A DNA stretch of 64,000 bases from Vulcanimicrobiota bacterium (GCA_963805945.1 CAWDVP010000006.1:384001-448000); one strand, 5' to 3'. Positions 1-10,435 are shown, numbered from the stretch's first letter. Translations and numbers: made by a program. The notes: generated by a model from the sequence alone, not told the origin.

Positions 1-527
1 GGAAGATGATGTGGCCCGGCACGCCGACGACGGTGCAGTTCGGCGGCACCGATTTCACCACGACGGCGCCCGCTGCGATCTTCGAGCCCGCGCCCGACGA
101 CGATCGCGCCGATGATGCCGGCGCCCGCGCCGACCACGACGTTGTTCTCGAGGGTCGGATGCCGCTTGCCGCGCTGCAGCGACGTGCCGCCAAGGGTCAC
201 GCCTTGATACAGCGTGCAGTTGCGGCCGATCTCCGCCGTCTCGCCGATGACGACGCCGGTGCCGTGATCGATGAAGAGCCCGCTGCCGATCTCCGCGCCC
301 GGGTGGATCTCGATGCCGGTGAGAAAACGCGACCAATTCGAGAGGACGCGCGGCAGCACGGGCACGTGCATGAGATAGAGCGGATGGATGACCAGCCGAT
401 GCCAGAACAGCGCATGGAAGCCGGGGTACGCGAGTAGCACCTCGAGCCCGTTGCGCGCCGCGGGGTCGCGCTCGAAGACCGCGCGCCAATCGAGGTGGAT
501 CTGCCGGAAAATCGAGTCTCGCTGCAT
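1..527 (-). CDS. cysE: Serine O-acetyltransferase (3' end runs off the window; one +1 frameshift near 93-95)
   Basis: Manual translation from ATG at 527: [40 protein letters not shown]...[32 protein letters not shown]...[10 protein letters not shown]...KRHPT. After one extra G it continues [33 protein letters not shown] upstream; gltX-cysE synteny. Not in the ORF track. Confidence 0.93.
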   Translation of the reverse strand, partial: MQRDSIFRQIHLDWRAVFERDPAARNGLEVLLAYPGFHALFWHRLVIHPLYLMHVPVLPRVLSNWSRFLTGIEIHPGAEIGSGLFIDHGTGVVIGETAEIGRNCTLYQGVTLGGTSLQRGKRHPTLENNVVVGAGAGIIGAIVVGRGLEDRSGRRRGEIGAAELHRRRRAGPHHL

Positions 528-534
528 GAGGGGT

Positions 535-615
535 GTCCTGCTAAGGGGCTTCTGGAGTGCGCGCAGCGGGCGCGCGACCGGTCGGGTGGGCGCCGGTCAA
601 CAACAACAGCAGGAC
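535..615 (-). promoter_or_regulatory. Anti-SD/SD pairing of a putative Cys-responsive translational attenuator
   Basis: Leader GUCCUGCU (615-608) is the exact reverse complement of AGCAGGAC (542-535), which contains the cysE SD. Confidence 0.65.
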
Positions 616-629
616 GAGGCGAGAGACAT
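597..629 (-). CDS. Putative polycysteine leader peptide MSLASSCCCC
   Basis: The minus strand reads ATG TCT CTC GCC TCG TCC TGC TGT TGT TGT TGA and ends 69 nt upstream of the cysE ATG. Confidence 0.8.
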   Translation of the reverse strand: MSLASSCCCC

Positions 630-671
630 GATGACAATGGGTTCGCGCGTGAGGCAGGGCCGCCCTTCGGG

Positions 672-2192
672 TCACGCTTGGGAGAGCGCCGAGCGGATGC
701 GTGAAGCCACCCGCGCCGGCCCGAGCAGCGGCAGCAGCAGCGGCAACTCGATGCCATGCTCCTCGCCCGTCACGGCGATGCGGATCGGGCGGAACAGCGC
801 GCGTCCTTTGACGCCGTGTTTCGCGCCGAGCGCAGCGAGCGCTTCCTTTGATGCGGCCTTGGTCAACGCGCCGCGGTCGGCGGACGCCTCCGCAATCGTC
901 GCAAGCTCTTCGACCAGCGCGCGCGCGACCGGACCGGCGAGCGCGTCCTTCGCGTCGGGCTCGATCGCCACATCGCTTGTGAGCAGCGCGGCGGCGAGCG
1001 CCGGCACCTGGCTCAGGATCTCCACGTGGTCGGTCAGCGCGTCTGCGAGCAGCGCCCGCCATTGCGGATCCTGCATATCCGCGCTCGCGGCGACGGTCGC
1101 GTCGCGGGCGGCCCACTGCGCGAACAGCGCGGCGCGCTCGTCACGTGGCAGCGAGCGCAGATAGTGCGCGTTGAACCAGCGCAGTTTGCCTTGGTCGAAC
1201 ACCGCCGGGCTCTTGCTGACCCGTTCGAGCGAGAAGTTCTCCGCTAGCTCGGAGAGGCTGAAGAACTCCCGGTCGTCGCCGGGCGACCAGCCGAGCAGCG
1301 CGAGATAGTTGATCATCGCGGCCGGCAGATAGCCTTGCTCGCGATACTCCGCGACCGACGTCGCGCCATGCCGCTTCGACAGCTTTTGATGGTCCGGCGC
1401 CAGGATCATCGACACGTGCGCGAAGAGCGGCAGCGGCAGCTCCAGCGCCTCATACAGCACGACCTGGCGCGGCGTGTTCGGCAGGTGTTCGTCGCCCCGG
1501 ATCACGTGCGTGATCGCCATCTCGGCGTCATCCACGACCGCGGCGAAGTTGTACGCCGGACCGCCGTCGGACTTCATGATCACGAAATCGCCGATCGATC
1601 CCGCGGGGAAATGCACGGAGCCGCGCACCACGTCTTCGACGAAGATGTCGCGCTCGGGCATGAGAAACCGCACGGCCGGTTTGCGGCCTTGCGCGTCGAG
1701 CGCGGCGCGCTGTTCGCGCGTCAGGTCGCGGCACGTGCCCGCGTAGCGCGGCGTCACGCCGGCGCGCTCCGCCGCCGCTCGCTGCGCCTCGAGCTCTTCA
1801 AGCGTGCAGTAGCAGAGGTATGCCCGCTCGCTCTCCAGCAGTCGCGCTGCCGCAAGACCATAGCGGTCGGTCCGATCGGTCTGACGGTACGGCGCGTACG
1901 GACCGCCGACATCGGTGCCCTCGTCCCACGACAGGCCGAGCCAGCGCAGATCGTCTTGGATCACCCGCTCCGATTCGAGCGACGAGCGCGCGGCGTCCGT
2001 GTCCTCCGATCGAAGCACCAACGCGCCGCCATTGCGGCGCGCGAAGAGATAATTGAAGAGCGCGGTGCGCGCGCCGCCCACATGGAGCGATCCGGTGGGT
2101 GCGGGAGCGAACCGGACGCGGACGGGACCCGAGCTTCGCTCGGGCACGGTCGAGTAAACTCGACCGCTCCATTCCGGGTTGCGCTCGGACAT
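672..2192 (-). CDS. gltX: Glutamate--tRNA ligase with a REP-derived N-terminal extension
   Basis: VRVRFAPAPTGSLHVGG (HIGH-like), KLSKR (KMSKS-like) and CYC Zn-site motifs. ATG at 2192 overlaps the ispF TGA. Confidence 0.95.
   Translation of the reverse strand: MSERNPEWSGRVYSTVPERSSGPVRVRFAPAPTGSLHVGGARTALFNYLFARRNGGALVLRSEDTDAARSSLESERVIQDDLRWLGLSWDEGTDVGGPYAPYRQTDRTDRYGLAAARLLESERAYLCYCTLEELEAQRAAAERAGVTPRYAGTCRDLTREQRAALDAQGRKPAVRFLMPERDIFVEDVVRGSVHFPAGSIGDFVIMKSDGGPAYNFAAVVDDAEMAITHVIRGDEHLPNTPRQVVLYEALELPLPLFAHVSMILAPDHQKLSKRHGATSVAEYREQGYLPAAMINYLALLGWSPGDDREFFSLSELAENFSLERVSKSPAVFDQGKLRWFNAHYLRSLPRDERAALFAQWAARDATVAASADMQDPQWRALLADALTDHVEILSQVPALAAALLTSDVAIEPDAKDALAGPVARALVEELATIAEASADRGALTKAASKEALAALGAKHGVKGRALFRPIRIAVTGEEHGIELPLLLPLLGPARVASRIRSALSQA
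2128..2171 (-). repeat. Two tandem REPs in the gltX 5' coding region
   Basis: Minus strand TGGAGCGGTCGAGTTTACTCGACCG-TG-CCCGAGCGAAGCTCGGG. Confidence 0.85.
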
Positions 2193-2665
2193 CACAGGTC
2201 TTCCACAGTGGCGACTGCGTACGCGGCCATGCCGTCGCCGCTGCCGGTGAAACCGAGCCCCTCAGTGCGTTTCGCTTTGACGCTGCAGCGATCGAGGTCG
2301 ACGCCGAGCACCCCCGCCAGCTTCGTGCGCATCGTTCCCAGATATGCAAGCAGCGCCGGCTGTTCGGCGACGATGGTGCAATCGACGTTGCCGACGCGGA
2401 AGCCCGCGGCTCGCACGATGACGACGGCCTCCCCGAGCAGTTTCACGCTGTCGGCGCCGGCGTAGCGCGGATCGCCCGCGGGGAAGCGCGAGCCGCAATC
2501 GCCGAGCGCGGCGGCCCCGAGCACCGCGTCGATGATCGCATGTGCGACCACGTCCGCGTCCGAGAAGCCTTCCAATCCGCGCTCGAACGGGATCCGGCAC
2601 CCGCCCAAGATGAGCGGCCGGCCCGGGACCAAGCGGTGGGCGTCAAAACCGAACCCGATCCTCAT
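2192..2665 (-). CDS. ispF: 2-C-methyl-D-erythritol 2,4-cyclodiphosphate synthase (possibly fused to IspD)
   Basis: [12 protein letters not shown]...[24 protein letters not shown]...[14 protein letters not shown]. Confidence 0.93.
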   Translation of the reverse strand: MRIGFGFDAHRLVPGRPLILGGCRIPFERGLEGFSDADVVAHAIIDAVLGAAALGDCGSRFPAGDPRYAGADSVKLLGEAVVIVRAAGFRVGNVDCTIVAEQPALLAYLGTMRTKLAGVLGVDLDRCSVKAKRTEGLGFTGSGDGMAAYAVATVEDL

Positions 2666-3356
2666 CGCCCCACCCTCTCCGACTGCGCGACGACGAAGCC
2701 GCGCGTACTCGAGGTCGTCCGGCGTGGTGATCTTCATGTTGTCGTATGTACCCATCACGAGTGCCACAGGCGCGACCGAGGCGCTCCACCAGCATGGCGT
2801 CGTCGGTCGCCGCCGGACCTGCGTCGCCGCCTTTGGCGTGCGCGGCGAGCAGCAGCTCGTAGGCGAACACCTGCGGCGTCTGCGCGGACCACAGCCCCTC
2901 GCGCGGTATGGTGTGCTCGATCGTGTCCGCCGGCGTCCCCTGCTTGATCGTGTCCTTCACGGGCACGGCGGCGATCGCGGCGCCGCTGCCGCGCGCCGCC
3001 GCCGCGACACGTTCGATCAGCTCGGGCGTGACGAACGGCCGGGCGCCGTCGTGCACGAGCACGTAGTCGGGGGCCGGTGCGATGGCCGACAGCGCGGCGT
3101 ACACGGAGGCTTGTCTGGTCGCGCCGCCGGCGACCACCGCGCGCGACTTGAGCGGCGCGAACGCCGCGGCGAGCGTTTGAAAGCGCTCGCGCTGCTCCTC
3201 TTCGCACGCGATGTAGATGCCGTCCACGCACGCCGCGCGCTCCAGCGTCTCAAGCGCCCATGCGGCGAGCGGCTTGCCGCCCAGATCGAGCAGCTGCTTG
3301 GCCTGGCCGAGCCGATCGCCGCGGCCGGCCGCCGCGAGGATGGCGACGAGCGTCAT
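2666..3356 (-). CDS. ispD: 2-C-methyl-D-erythritol 4-phosphate cytidylyltransferase (one frameshift near 2774)
   Basis: [57 protein letters not shown] follows in the next frame. ATG at 3356 overlaps the upstream TGA. Confidence 0.9.
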
Positions 3357-4410
3357 GGCTTCTTCGGCTTCGCGAAGATCATGCGCCCCGCCGCCGTCTG
3401 CAGCACCGAGGTGACCTGCACGCCGACGGTCTCGCCCATCAGCTTGCGGCCGTTCTCGACCACGATCATCGTGCCGTCGTCGAGATAACCGACGCCTTGG
3501 TTCTGCTCCTTGCCGTCCTTGACGATGTTGCACCGCCATCTCTTCGCCGGGCAGCACGACGGGCTTGATCGCGTTCGCCAATTCGTTGACGTTGAGGATG
3601 GTGACGCCTTGCAGTCTGGCGACGCGGTTGAGGTTGTAGTCGTTGGTGAGGATCGGCGCGTCCATCTGGCGGGCGAGGCGTGACGAGCTTGCTGTCGACG
3701 TCGCGCTCCGGCGCGTCCTGCTCGATGATCTCGAGCCGGCCGGACGCCTCGCGCAGCCGGTTGAGGATCTCGAGGCCCCTGCGGCCGCGCGCGCGGCGCA
3801 TCGAGTCGGCCGAATCGGCGATCAACTGCAGCTCCTTCAGCACGAACTTTGGCACGAGCAGGCGCCCCTCGATGAAGCCCGCCTGCACGACCTCGAGCAG
3901 GCGTCCGTCGACGATGACGGAGGTGTCGAGCAGCTTCGGCGGCGCTGCGCCGTCGTGCGGTCCGCTCTTCATCCAACTGCTCAAGCGCTGCCGCAGCCCG
4001 ATGCGGATGCCCGTGTAAGCGAAGAACAGCGTGATGAGCGCGTAGATGATCACCGAGATCAACGCGCCGAAACGCGGTATCTGTCGGACCGGCTGGAACA
4101 CGTCGCGAACGAGATAGGCGACGAGCAGCCCCACCACGAGACCGATCGCGCCGGAGAGCGCCTCGGCAGGCGCCATCTTCACGATCGCTTCTTCTAGGGA
4201 GCTCGAGATGCGTTCGAAGCCGGCGGCGACGAACGGCGACACCGCGATGCCGATAGCAGCGAAGAGCACGGGCAGGCCGATGTCGCGCAGCGGCGGCGTC
4301 ACGCCGAACTGAGCGAGCAAAGGCACGTGCTGCGCCAGCTCGATCCCCGCGGCCAAGCCGAGCAATCCGCACAACAGCGCGAAGATGATCCTAAGTAGTA
4401 ATCGTCCCAA
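3353..4410 (-). CDS. PIN/TRAM-domain membrane protein (YacL-like), with two +1 frameshifts near 3681 and 3530
   Basis: N-terminal TM helices; [36 protein letters not shown] and [20 protein letters not shown] are spread over three frames. TTG start at 4410 is inferred. Confidence 0.88.
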
Positions 4411-5575
4411 GACCGGCGGGGGCCGGTAAGAATGAAGGATGTAAGAATTCCGTGCACGCGGCGTTGGCCAGCAACCTGCCACGGGCGGTGAGCCGTACCC
4501 CCTGGCCGTCTGTTTCGAGCAAGCCCGCCTCGCGACATTTATTGATGGCGGGCGCGAAGATCGCCCTCGCGTCGAGCCCGAAGCGCACGCGGAAATCCCC
4601 GTCACGTATGCCTTCGCTCGTCCTCAAGGCGAGCATCGCCGCCTCGCCGACCCGTTCCGGGAATCCCAGCCGTTCCTCGTCTACCCGCGCCGACGCGCCG
4701 CGTTCGACGGCCTCGCAATACTCGTCGAAGCCGCGCGCGTTGCGATAGCGCACGCCGCGCTCGTAGCCGGACGCGGACATCCCGAGCGCGATGCACTCGC
4801 GCTGCTGCCAATAGCCGCGGTTGTGCTCGCTCTCGAAGCCGGGCTTGGCGAAATTCGATATCTCATAATGGGCGAACCCAGCGGCGGTGAGCGACTCTTC
4901 GGCGAGCTCCAGCAGATCGGCGGTCGCATCATCGTCGGGGAATTGTTGCGGCGCACGCCCGAACCAACGCGCGTACGGCGTGCCGGCCTCGATCGTGAGC
5001 CCGTACACGGAGACGTGCTGCGGCGCGCTCGCGATCGTCCGCTCGAGCGTATGCCGGAACGACGCCGGCGTCTGACCGGGCACGCCTGCGATCAGATCGA
5101 CGCCGATGTTGTCGTGGCCACCTGCGCGCGCCGCGCCGATGTACGCGTCTGCCTCGTCCGCGCTATGCTCGCGCCCAAGCCGGTGCAGTTCCCCGTCGTC
5201 GAACGATTGCACGCCGATCGACAGCCGCGTGACCCCCGCTTTGCGATACGCGACGAGATCGTCCGCGTTACGCGATGGATTGGCCTCAAGCGTGCACTCG
5301 ATGCTGCCGCGCTCGACGTCGAAACGCCGCTGGAGCGCGCCGAGCAGCTCGGCGATGCGCGCGGCGCCGAGCGCGGACGGTGTGCCGCCGCCGAGATAGA
5401 TCGTCCGGATCGACAGATCGGGCGCGGCCGCCCGCGCCAGTTCGCCATGCAACGCGCGCAGGTAGCGCTCGACTCGCGCATGCGCGTATCCGACGACCGC
5501 GAAATCGCAATACGGGCAGATGCGATCGCAGAACGGCAGGTGCACGTAGCAGCCGGCCGGCTGCGCGTCGTTCAC
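4391..5575 (-). CDS. hemW: Radical SAM heme chaperone HemW/HemN-like
   Basis: YVHLPFCDRICPYCDF (CxxxCxxC), GGGTPS, EANP, RLSIGVQSF, YEISNFA. GTG start overlaps the DegV stop. Confidence 0.88.
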   Translation of the reverse strand: MNDAQPAGCYVHLPFCDRICPYCDFAVVGYAHARVERYLRALHGELARAAAPDLSIRTIYLGGGTPSALGAARIAELLGALQRRFDVERGSIECTLEANPSRNADDLVAYRKAGVTRLSIGVQSFDDGELHRLGREHSADEADAYIGAARAGGHDNIGVDLIAGVPGQTPASFRHTLERTIASAPQHVSVYGLTIEAGTPYARWFGRAPQQFPDDDATADLLELAEESLTAAGFAHYEISNFAKPGFESEHNRGYWQQRECIALGMSASGYERGVRYRNARGFDEYCEAVERGASARVDEERLGFPERVGEAAMLALRTSEGIRDGDFRVRFGLDARAIFAPAINKCREAGLLETDGQGVRLTARGRLLANAACTEFLHPSFLPAPAGLGTITT

Positions 5576-6414
5576 GGGATGAAGAACACGCCCACGGCGC
5601 CGGGACCCGCATGCGTGCCGACGGTCGGACCTGCGCAGCAGCTGATGATCGACACCGGTTCGACCTGTTCTTGCAAGCGAGCGGCGACTTTCGCGGCGAG
5701 TTCTGGCGCGACCGCATGGAGCACGCCGAGGCGCGCCGTCTTCTTGGTCGGGATCCTTGCCACCGTCAACTCGATGAGCTGATCGACCGCGCGCGTGAAC
5801 GTCCGCACCTTGCACTGCTCGGCGATCACGCCGTCTTTGAGCGTGATGATCGGCACGATCTGCAAGACGTTGCCCAGCATGCTCTGCAGCGGGCCGATGC
5901 GGCCGCCGCGCGCGAGATACGTGAGCGTGGGAATCGCGGCGAAGAGCTGGTCGTTGGGGATGTCCGCCCGCGCCTTCGCGACGATCGCATCGAAGGAATC
6001 GCCGCGCGCCGCTTGGTCTCGCGCGCCCAGCGCCAGCAGCCCGAGTCCGGCGGACGCAGTGCGGGTGTCGATGACCGTGATGCGCGCCGGATCCACGTTC
6101 TGCGACGCGAGCACCGCGGAGTTGTACGTGCCCGAGAGCGATGCGGAGATGTGCAGCGAGATGATCCGCTCCGCGCCGCCTTCGAACAGGCGGCGGTAGG
6201 CTTCTTCGAACGCGCCGGGCGGCGGCTGTGATGTCGTCGGGTGATGCTTGCCGTGGATGAGCCGGTCGTAGAACTGGTCCGAGTCCAGGTCGACGCCGTC
6301 GCGGAAGGTCTCGGCGCCGAAGGTGACGATCAGCGGCACGACCGTGATGTCATCGCCGGCGAGCGTGTTGAGGTCGGCGGTCGAATCGGTGACGATTCCG
6401 ACTTTGCCTGTCAT
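5572..6414 (-). CDS. DegV family fatty acid-binding protein (FakB-like)
   Basis: IVTDSTADL, PTTSQP, HISASLSGTYNSA, YLARGGRIG, GTHAGPGAVG. Confidence 0.92.
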   Translation of the reverse strand: MTGKVGIVTDSTADLNTLAGDDITVVPLIVTFGAETFRDGVDLDSDQFYDRLIHGKHHPTTSQPPPGAFEEAYRRLFEGGAERIISLHISASLSGTYNSAVLASQNVDPARITVIDTRTASAGLGLLALGARDQAARGDSFDAIVAKARADIPNDQLFAAIPTLTYLARGGRIGPLQSMLGNVLQIVPIITLKDGVIAEQCKVRTFTRAVDQLIELTVARIPTKKTARLGVLHAVAPELAAKVAARLQEQVEPVSIISCCAGPTVGTHAGPGAVGVFFIP

Positions 6415-7433
6415 CGCGTCGCCTCCGCGGCCGGCGGCGCGAGCGTGCGCTCGATGACGCCGACGAGATCCTGACGCGCTGCGCGCAGCGCCATGCGGCA
6501 CGCGCTATACGCGGTGAGCGCGTCCGCGCGTCCGTGACCGACGATGGCGTTGCCGCGCACGCCGAGCAGCGGCGCGCCGCCGTGATAGCGATGGTCGAGC
6601 CGCGCCCGAACGGCGCGGAACACCGGACGGAGCAGAGCTGCACCCGCCTTCGCCGAGAGGCCGGCCGATTCGATGCCCTCGCGCAGCAGTTTGAAGATGT
6701 ACTCGCTCGTGCCTTCGGCGGTCTTCAGCGCGACATTGCCGACGAAACCGTCGGTCACGACCACGTCGACATCGCCGAGCAGCAGATCGCGCCCTTCGAC
6801 GTTGCCGATGAAATGGATCGGCGCGGCGGCGAGCAACGGAAAGGTCTCCGCGGTCAGCGCGTTGCCCTTCGATTCTTCTTCACCGACCGAGAGCAGGCCG
6901 ACTTTGGGCTCCGCGATGTCGAGCACGGCGCGCGCGTACGCGCTGCCCATGATCGCGAACTGCACGAGCCATTCGGCGCGGCAATCCACGTTGGCGCCGG
7001 CGTCCAGGAGCAGCATCGGGCCTTTGTGCGCAGGCCAAGCGGTCGCGAAGCCGGGGCGCATGATGCCCGGCAGCCGCGAGAGCCGGATCGTCGCGAGCGC
7101 GAGGAACGCGCCGCTGTTGCCGGCCGAGAACGCAGCGTGCGCGGCACCCTCGCGCACGAGATCGAGCGCCTTGCCCATCGAGGTGACGCCGCCGCGGCGC
7201 ACCGCGATCGCGGGCAATTCGTCCATCGCGACCTCTTCGGTCGTCGGCACGATGCGCACGGTGGGCGGACCGCCGTGCTGGCGCACGAGCGGTTCCAAGC
7301 GCGCCGCATCTCCCACCAAGAGGATGGTGCAGCCGAACTCGCGCGCGGCGCGGCATGCGCCCGCGACGATCTCACCGGGGGCGAGGTCGCCGCCCATGCC
7401 GTCGATGGCGATGACGACGTCGTTATCGTTCAA
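6411..7433 (-). CDS. plsX: Phosphate acyltransferase PlsX
   Basis: IAIDGMGGDLAP, SAGNSGA, LLDAGANVD, GEEESKGN, NVEGRD, DGFVGNVALKTAEG, GGAPLLG. Confidence 0.95.
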   Translation of the reverse strand: MNDNDVVIAIDGMGGDLAPGEIVAGACRAAREFGCTILLVGDAARLEPLVRQHGGPPTVRIVPTTEEVAMDELPAIAVRRGGVTSMGKALDLVREGAAHAAFSAGNSGAFLALATIRLSRLPGIMRPGFATAWPAHKGPMLLLDAGANVDCRAEWLVQFAIMGSAYARAVLDIAEPKVGLLSVGEEESKGNALTAETFPLLAAAPIHFIGNVEGRDLLLGDVDVVVTDGFVGNVALKTAEGTSEYIFKLLREGIESAGLSAKAGAALLRPVFRAVRARLDHRYHGGAPLLGVRGNAIVGHGRADALTAYSACRMALRAARQDLVGVIERTLAPPAAEATR

Positions 7434-9072
7434 TGGAGATCACGTAGTCGGAGGTGGGCTGTCCGCCGTAGTACGCCTCGACCGCCGCGGCGGGATAGGC
7501 GGCTTTCAGCGCCTCCGCCATGCCATCGGCCTCTTTGCGTTTGCGTGCATGGCCGTAGTACACAGTGATGAGCGATGGATGCTCGCCCGCCGTCTCGCGC
7601 ACCATCGCGACTGCGATGTCCGCCGCGGCCTCTCCTTTGACGAGCCGCTCCGCCTGGCCGTTGCGCGACTCGATCGCGCCGACGAGCTGGTTGCGCTCCA
7701 CCGCGACGCCTCCGATCTCCGCGTCGCGCCCGGCGCGGAAGATGGACCCGCTGCCGATGACCGTCGAAGCGGCGAGCGCGTCGTCGGGCGACACGCCGGC
7801 GTCGTCGGGCCGGCTCAGCAGGCCGAACATCGCGGCGATGCCGTCGGCGACGGTCCGCGTCGGCACGACGATGACCGTGCGCTCGGTGAGCGCGTCGACT
7901 TCCTTGGCGGCGAGGATGACGTTCTTGTCGTTGGGCAGCAGGTAGACGACCGGCGCGAGCACCTTGTTCACCGCCACGAGCAGGTCTTTGACCGAGGGGT
8001 TCATGGTCGCGCCGCCCATGACGACGACGTCCGCGCCGAGCTCCTTGAATATCTTCGCGAAACCCTCGCCTGGTGTGACCGCCACGATGCCGCGCGGCTT
8101 GGACTCGCGGTCGACGACGAGCACGTTGTGCTGCTCTTCCATGTTGTCGATCTTGAGCCGCGACAATTCACCGTGCTCGCGCGCCATGTCGGCGACCTTG
8201 TCGGGATAGTCGGTGTGGATGTGGACGCGGATCGTGCCGTCGCCGCCGGCGACGATGAGCGAATCGCCGTGCGGGGTGAGCAGCGCGCGCACCGCGTCGG
8301 CGTCGGCGGTCGCCTTGCCGATCACGAACTCGGTGCAGAAACGGTGCGTCTCGACCTTCTGCTTGGCGGTGAAGGTCGTGCGGCGCACCGGATTGCGCGG
8401 GAACGCGGTGGTGTACGGCGCGCGTCCGGGCAGCATCCGCAAGATGCCTTCGAGGAAGTAGACGAAGCCCTGGCCGCCGGCGTCGACGACCTTGGCCTCT
8501 TTGAGGACGGCGAGCTGCTCGGGCGTCTTCTCGAGCGCCTCGTTCGCCGCCGCGACGGTCGCGTGGAGCAGCGCGTAGAAGTCCTTCTCGCTGTACGAGG
8601 TCTTGGCGGCCGCGCTCGCCGCGGCGCCAGCAACGGAGAGGATGGTGCCTTCGACCGGTTTGAGCAGCGCTTTGCGCGCGGCTTGCACGCCTTCGTGGAG
8701 CGCTGTCGCGAACTCGAGGGTGGTGATCGATTCCCTGTGCCGCACTTCGTAGGCGAAGCCGCGGAACATCTGCGAGATGATGACGCCCGAATTGCCGCGG
8801 GCGCCCATGAGCGAGCCTTGGGCGGCGGCGGCGGCGACCACGCTCAAGTCCTTCGAGCGCTGCTTGTGCGCTTCGACCATAGCAGCGCGCACGGTGAAGA
8901 ACATGTTGGTCCCGGTATCGCCGTCGGGCACGGGGAAGACGTTCAGATCGTTGATGACCGAGCGATACTTACGAAGAAAGTAGGTGCCTGCCACGAGGAA
9001 GTCGGCAAACAGCTTTCCGTCGCAGTTGGTGATCTGGACCAAGCGATTCCCCTTGAAGCGGACCTCCACCAT
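7423..9072 (-). CDS. DAK2-domain protein (fatty acid kinase FakA/YloV-like)
   Basis: [65 protein letters not shown]. Alternative TTG start at 9042. Confidence 0.93.
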   Translation of the reverse strand: MVEVRFKGNRLVQITNCDGKLFADFLVAGTYFLRKYRSVINDLNVFPVPDGDTGTNMFFTVRAAMVEAHKQRSKDLSVVAAAAAQGSLMGARGNSGVIISQMFRGFAYEVRHRESITTLEFATALHEGVQAARKALLKPVEGTILSVAGAAASAAAKTSYSEKDFYALLHATVAAANEALEKTPEQLAVLKEAKVVDAGGQGFVYFLEGILRMLPGRAPYTTAFPRNPVRRTTFTAKQKVETHRFCTEFVIGKATADADAVRALLTPHGDSLIVAGGDGTIRVHIHTDYPDKVADMAREHGELSRLKIDNMEEQHNVLVVDRESKPRGIVAVTPGEGFAKIFKELGADVVVMGGATMNPSVKDLLVAVNKVLAPVVYLLPNDKNVILAAKEVDALTERTVIVVPTRTVADGIAAMFGLLSRPDDAGVSPDDALAASTVIGSGSIFRAGRDAEIGGVAVERNQLVGAIESRNGQAERLVKGEAAADIAVAMVRETAGEHPSLITVYYGHARKRKEADGMAEALKAAYPAAAVEAYYGGQPTSDYVISIER

Positions 9073-9083
9073 GTGGTATTATA
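9053..9083. promoter_or_regulatory. Bidirectional sigma70-type promoter with overlapping -10 boxes
   Basis: Plus strand: TTGAAG(9053-9058)-N18-TATTAT(9077-9082) with an extended-10 TG, pointing at rpmB. Minus strand: TATAAT (9083-9078) 5 nt before the DAK2 ATG. Confidence 0.55.
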
Positions 9084-9119
9084 CCGTGGTCATTCTTGTT
9101 CTTTTGGAAGGAACCCCTC

Positions 9120-9311
9120 ATGGCAAAGCGTTGCGACGTGTGCGGCAAAGGGCCGGCATCGGGCAATAACGTCAGTCACTCGATGCGCAAGACGCGTCGC
9201 CGCTGGCTCCCCAATCTGCAGTCCGTCCGGATCAAAGAGCGCGGCACGGTGAAGACCGCCAAGGTCTGCACGGCCTGCTTGAAATCGCGCAAGGTCACCC
9301 GCGCGGTCTAA
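9120..9311 (+). CDS. rpmB: 50S ribosomal protein L28 (Zn-ribbon, C+ type)
   Basis: [34 protein letters not shown]...[15 protein letters not shown]. Confidence 0.97.
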   Translation: MAKRCDVCGKGPASGNNVSHSMRKTRRRWLPNLQSVRIKERGTVKTAKVCTACLKSRKVTRAV

Positions 9312-9326
9312 CTTTCACACGTCCTG

Positions 9327-9395
9327 TGTAGGGGCCGATCTTTAGATCGGCTCTTCGTCTTGGAAATGGGGTCGATCTGAAGATCGACCCCTACA
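9327..9395. repeat. Inverted REP doublet (GTAG type) between convergent rpmB and thiL
   Basis: TGTAGGGGCCGATCTTTAGATCGGCTC (9327-9353) and the inverted copy GGGGTCGATCTGAAGATCGACCCCTACA (9368-9395). Confidence 0.85.
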
Positions 9396-10435
9396 TCGGT
9401 CGCGCGAGCCGCGCCAGGTGGTCGTAGCCGGCAGGCGTCAGCGCCTCGCGTTTGCCGAGCCTCTCCAGCCATAGGTTCCCATCACCCGGCTCGAAGCGTC
9501 CGATCGCCACGAGCGGCGTGCCGAAGCGCTTTGCGAATCCCGCCGCGACATGCTTGAACGATCGCGGCTCCACCGCCGCAAGCAATTCGTAGTCGTCGCC
9601 GCCATGCAGCACGAGTTCTGGCGCGTCTAGATCTAGAGCCTGCGCCAGCTTCGTGCACGGCCTGATGCGGTGCGAGGGACGCGGCGTCAAGCACGAGATC
9701 CATCCCTGACGCGCGTCCCATGCGCGCCGCGTCCGTCGAGAGCCCGTCCGAGATATCCATCAGCGCGTTCACCGCGCGACGCGACGCGAGGTAGCGGCCC
9801 TCGCGCAGCCGCGGCGTCGGCGTGAGATACGCAGCGCGCAGAAATTCCGCCCCGGCGATCGCCCGCGTGCGTGCGGGGTCTGCGTCCAGCACGCGCAAGC
9901 CGGCAGCGCCGCAACCGAGCGGTCCCGTGATCGCCGCGACGTCGCCCGCCCGCGCGCCGGCGCGCGTCCGCAGCTGCGTGGGGCGCACTTCTCCGACGAC
10001 CGTGACGCCGAGCGTGAGCGCGGGCGCGCGCACGATGTCGCCGCCGGCGATCGCGCAGCGAGCGCTGCGCGCGAGCGTCGCAAGACCGCGATACAAGCCG
10101 CGCACCCATGCCTCATCCACGTCCGCGGTGAGGCCGAGCGCGACGACCGCTACCGTCGGCCAACCGCCCATCGCCGCGATGTCCGACAGATTTTCCGCCA
10201 GCGCTTTCCAGCCGAGCGCTTCGGGCGTGGTGGCGGCGGAACGGAAATGCACGCCATCGACGAGCATGTCGGTAGTGATGAGGCTGAGGTGGTGCGGTTT
10301 CGCCTTCCATGCGGCCGCGTCGTCACCGATACCGACGCGCAAGGTCCGAGGCGGATCGCCGAGCACTTCGACCATCGCCGCGACGAGATCGTCTTCGCGC
10401 AGCGGTTTCGGCGACGTCGTCTTCAGCGAGCGCAC
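9391..10435 (-). CDS. thiL: Thiamine-monophosphate kinase (one +1 frameshift near 9655; start approximate)
   Basis: GIGDDAA, TDMLVDGVHF, NLSDIAAMGG, GGDIV, MDISDGL; GGDDYELL and GYDHL follow in the next frame. Confidence 0.9.

Noticed and set aside
528..671. T-box riboswitch between gltX and cysE
   Set aside because: No UGGnACC antiterminator, no terminator U-tract, and only 144 nt. The polyCys leader explains the region better.
3353..4410. Programmed frameshifting or a toxin pseudogene in the PIN/TRAM gene
   Set aside because: No slippery sites; the same single-base insertion pattern occurs in neighbouring essential genes; this is the conserved YacL-type gene next to ispD.
6673..9252. 859-aa plus-strand ORF and similar long ORFs (28417-30552, 34062-35645, 43945-45633, 55012-57012, 15010-17367, 44072-45925)
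   Set aside because: They are antisense or alternate-frame shadows of well-supported genes, expected at high GC, with Arg/Ala-rich text and no motifs.
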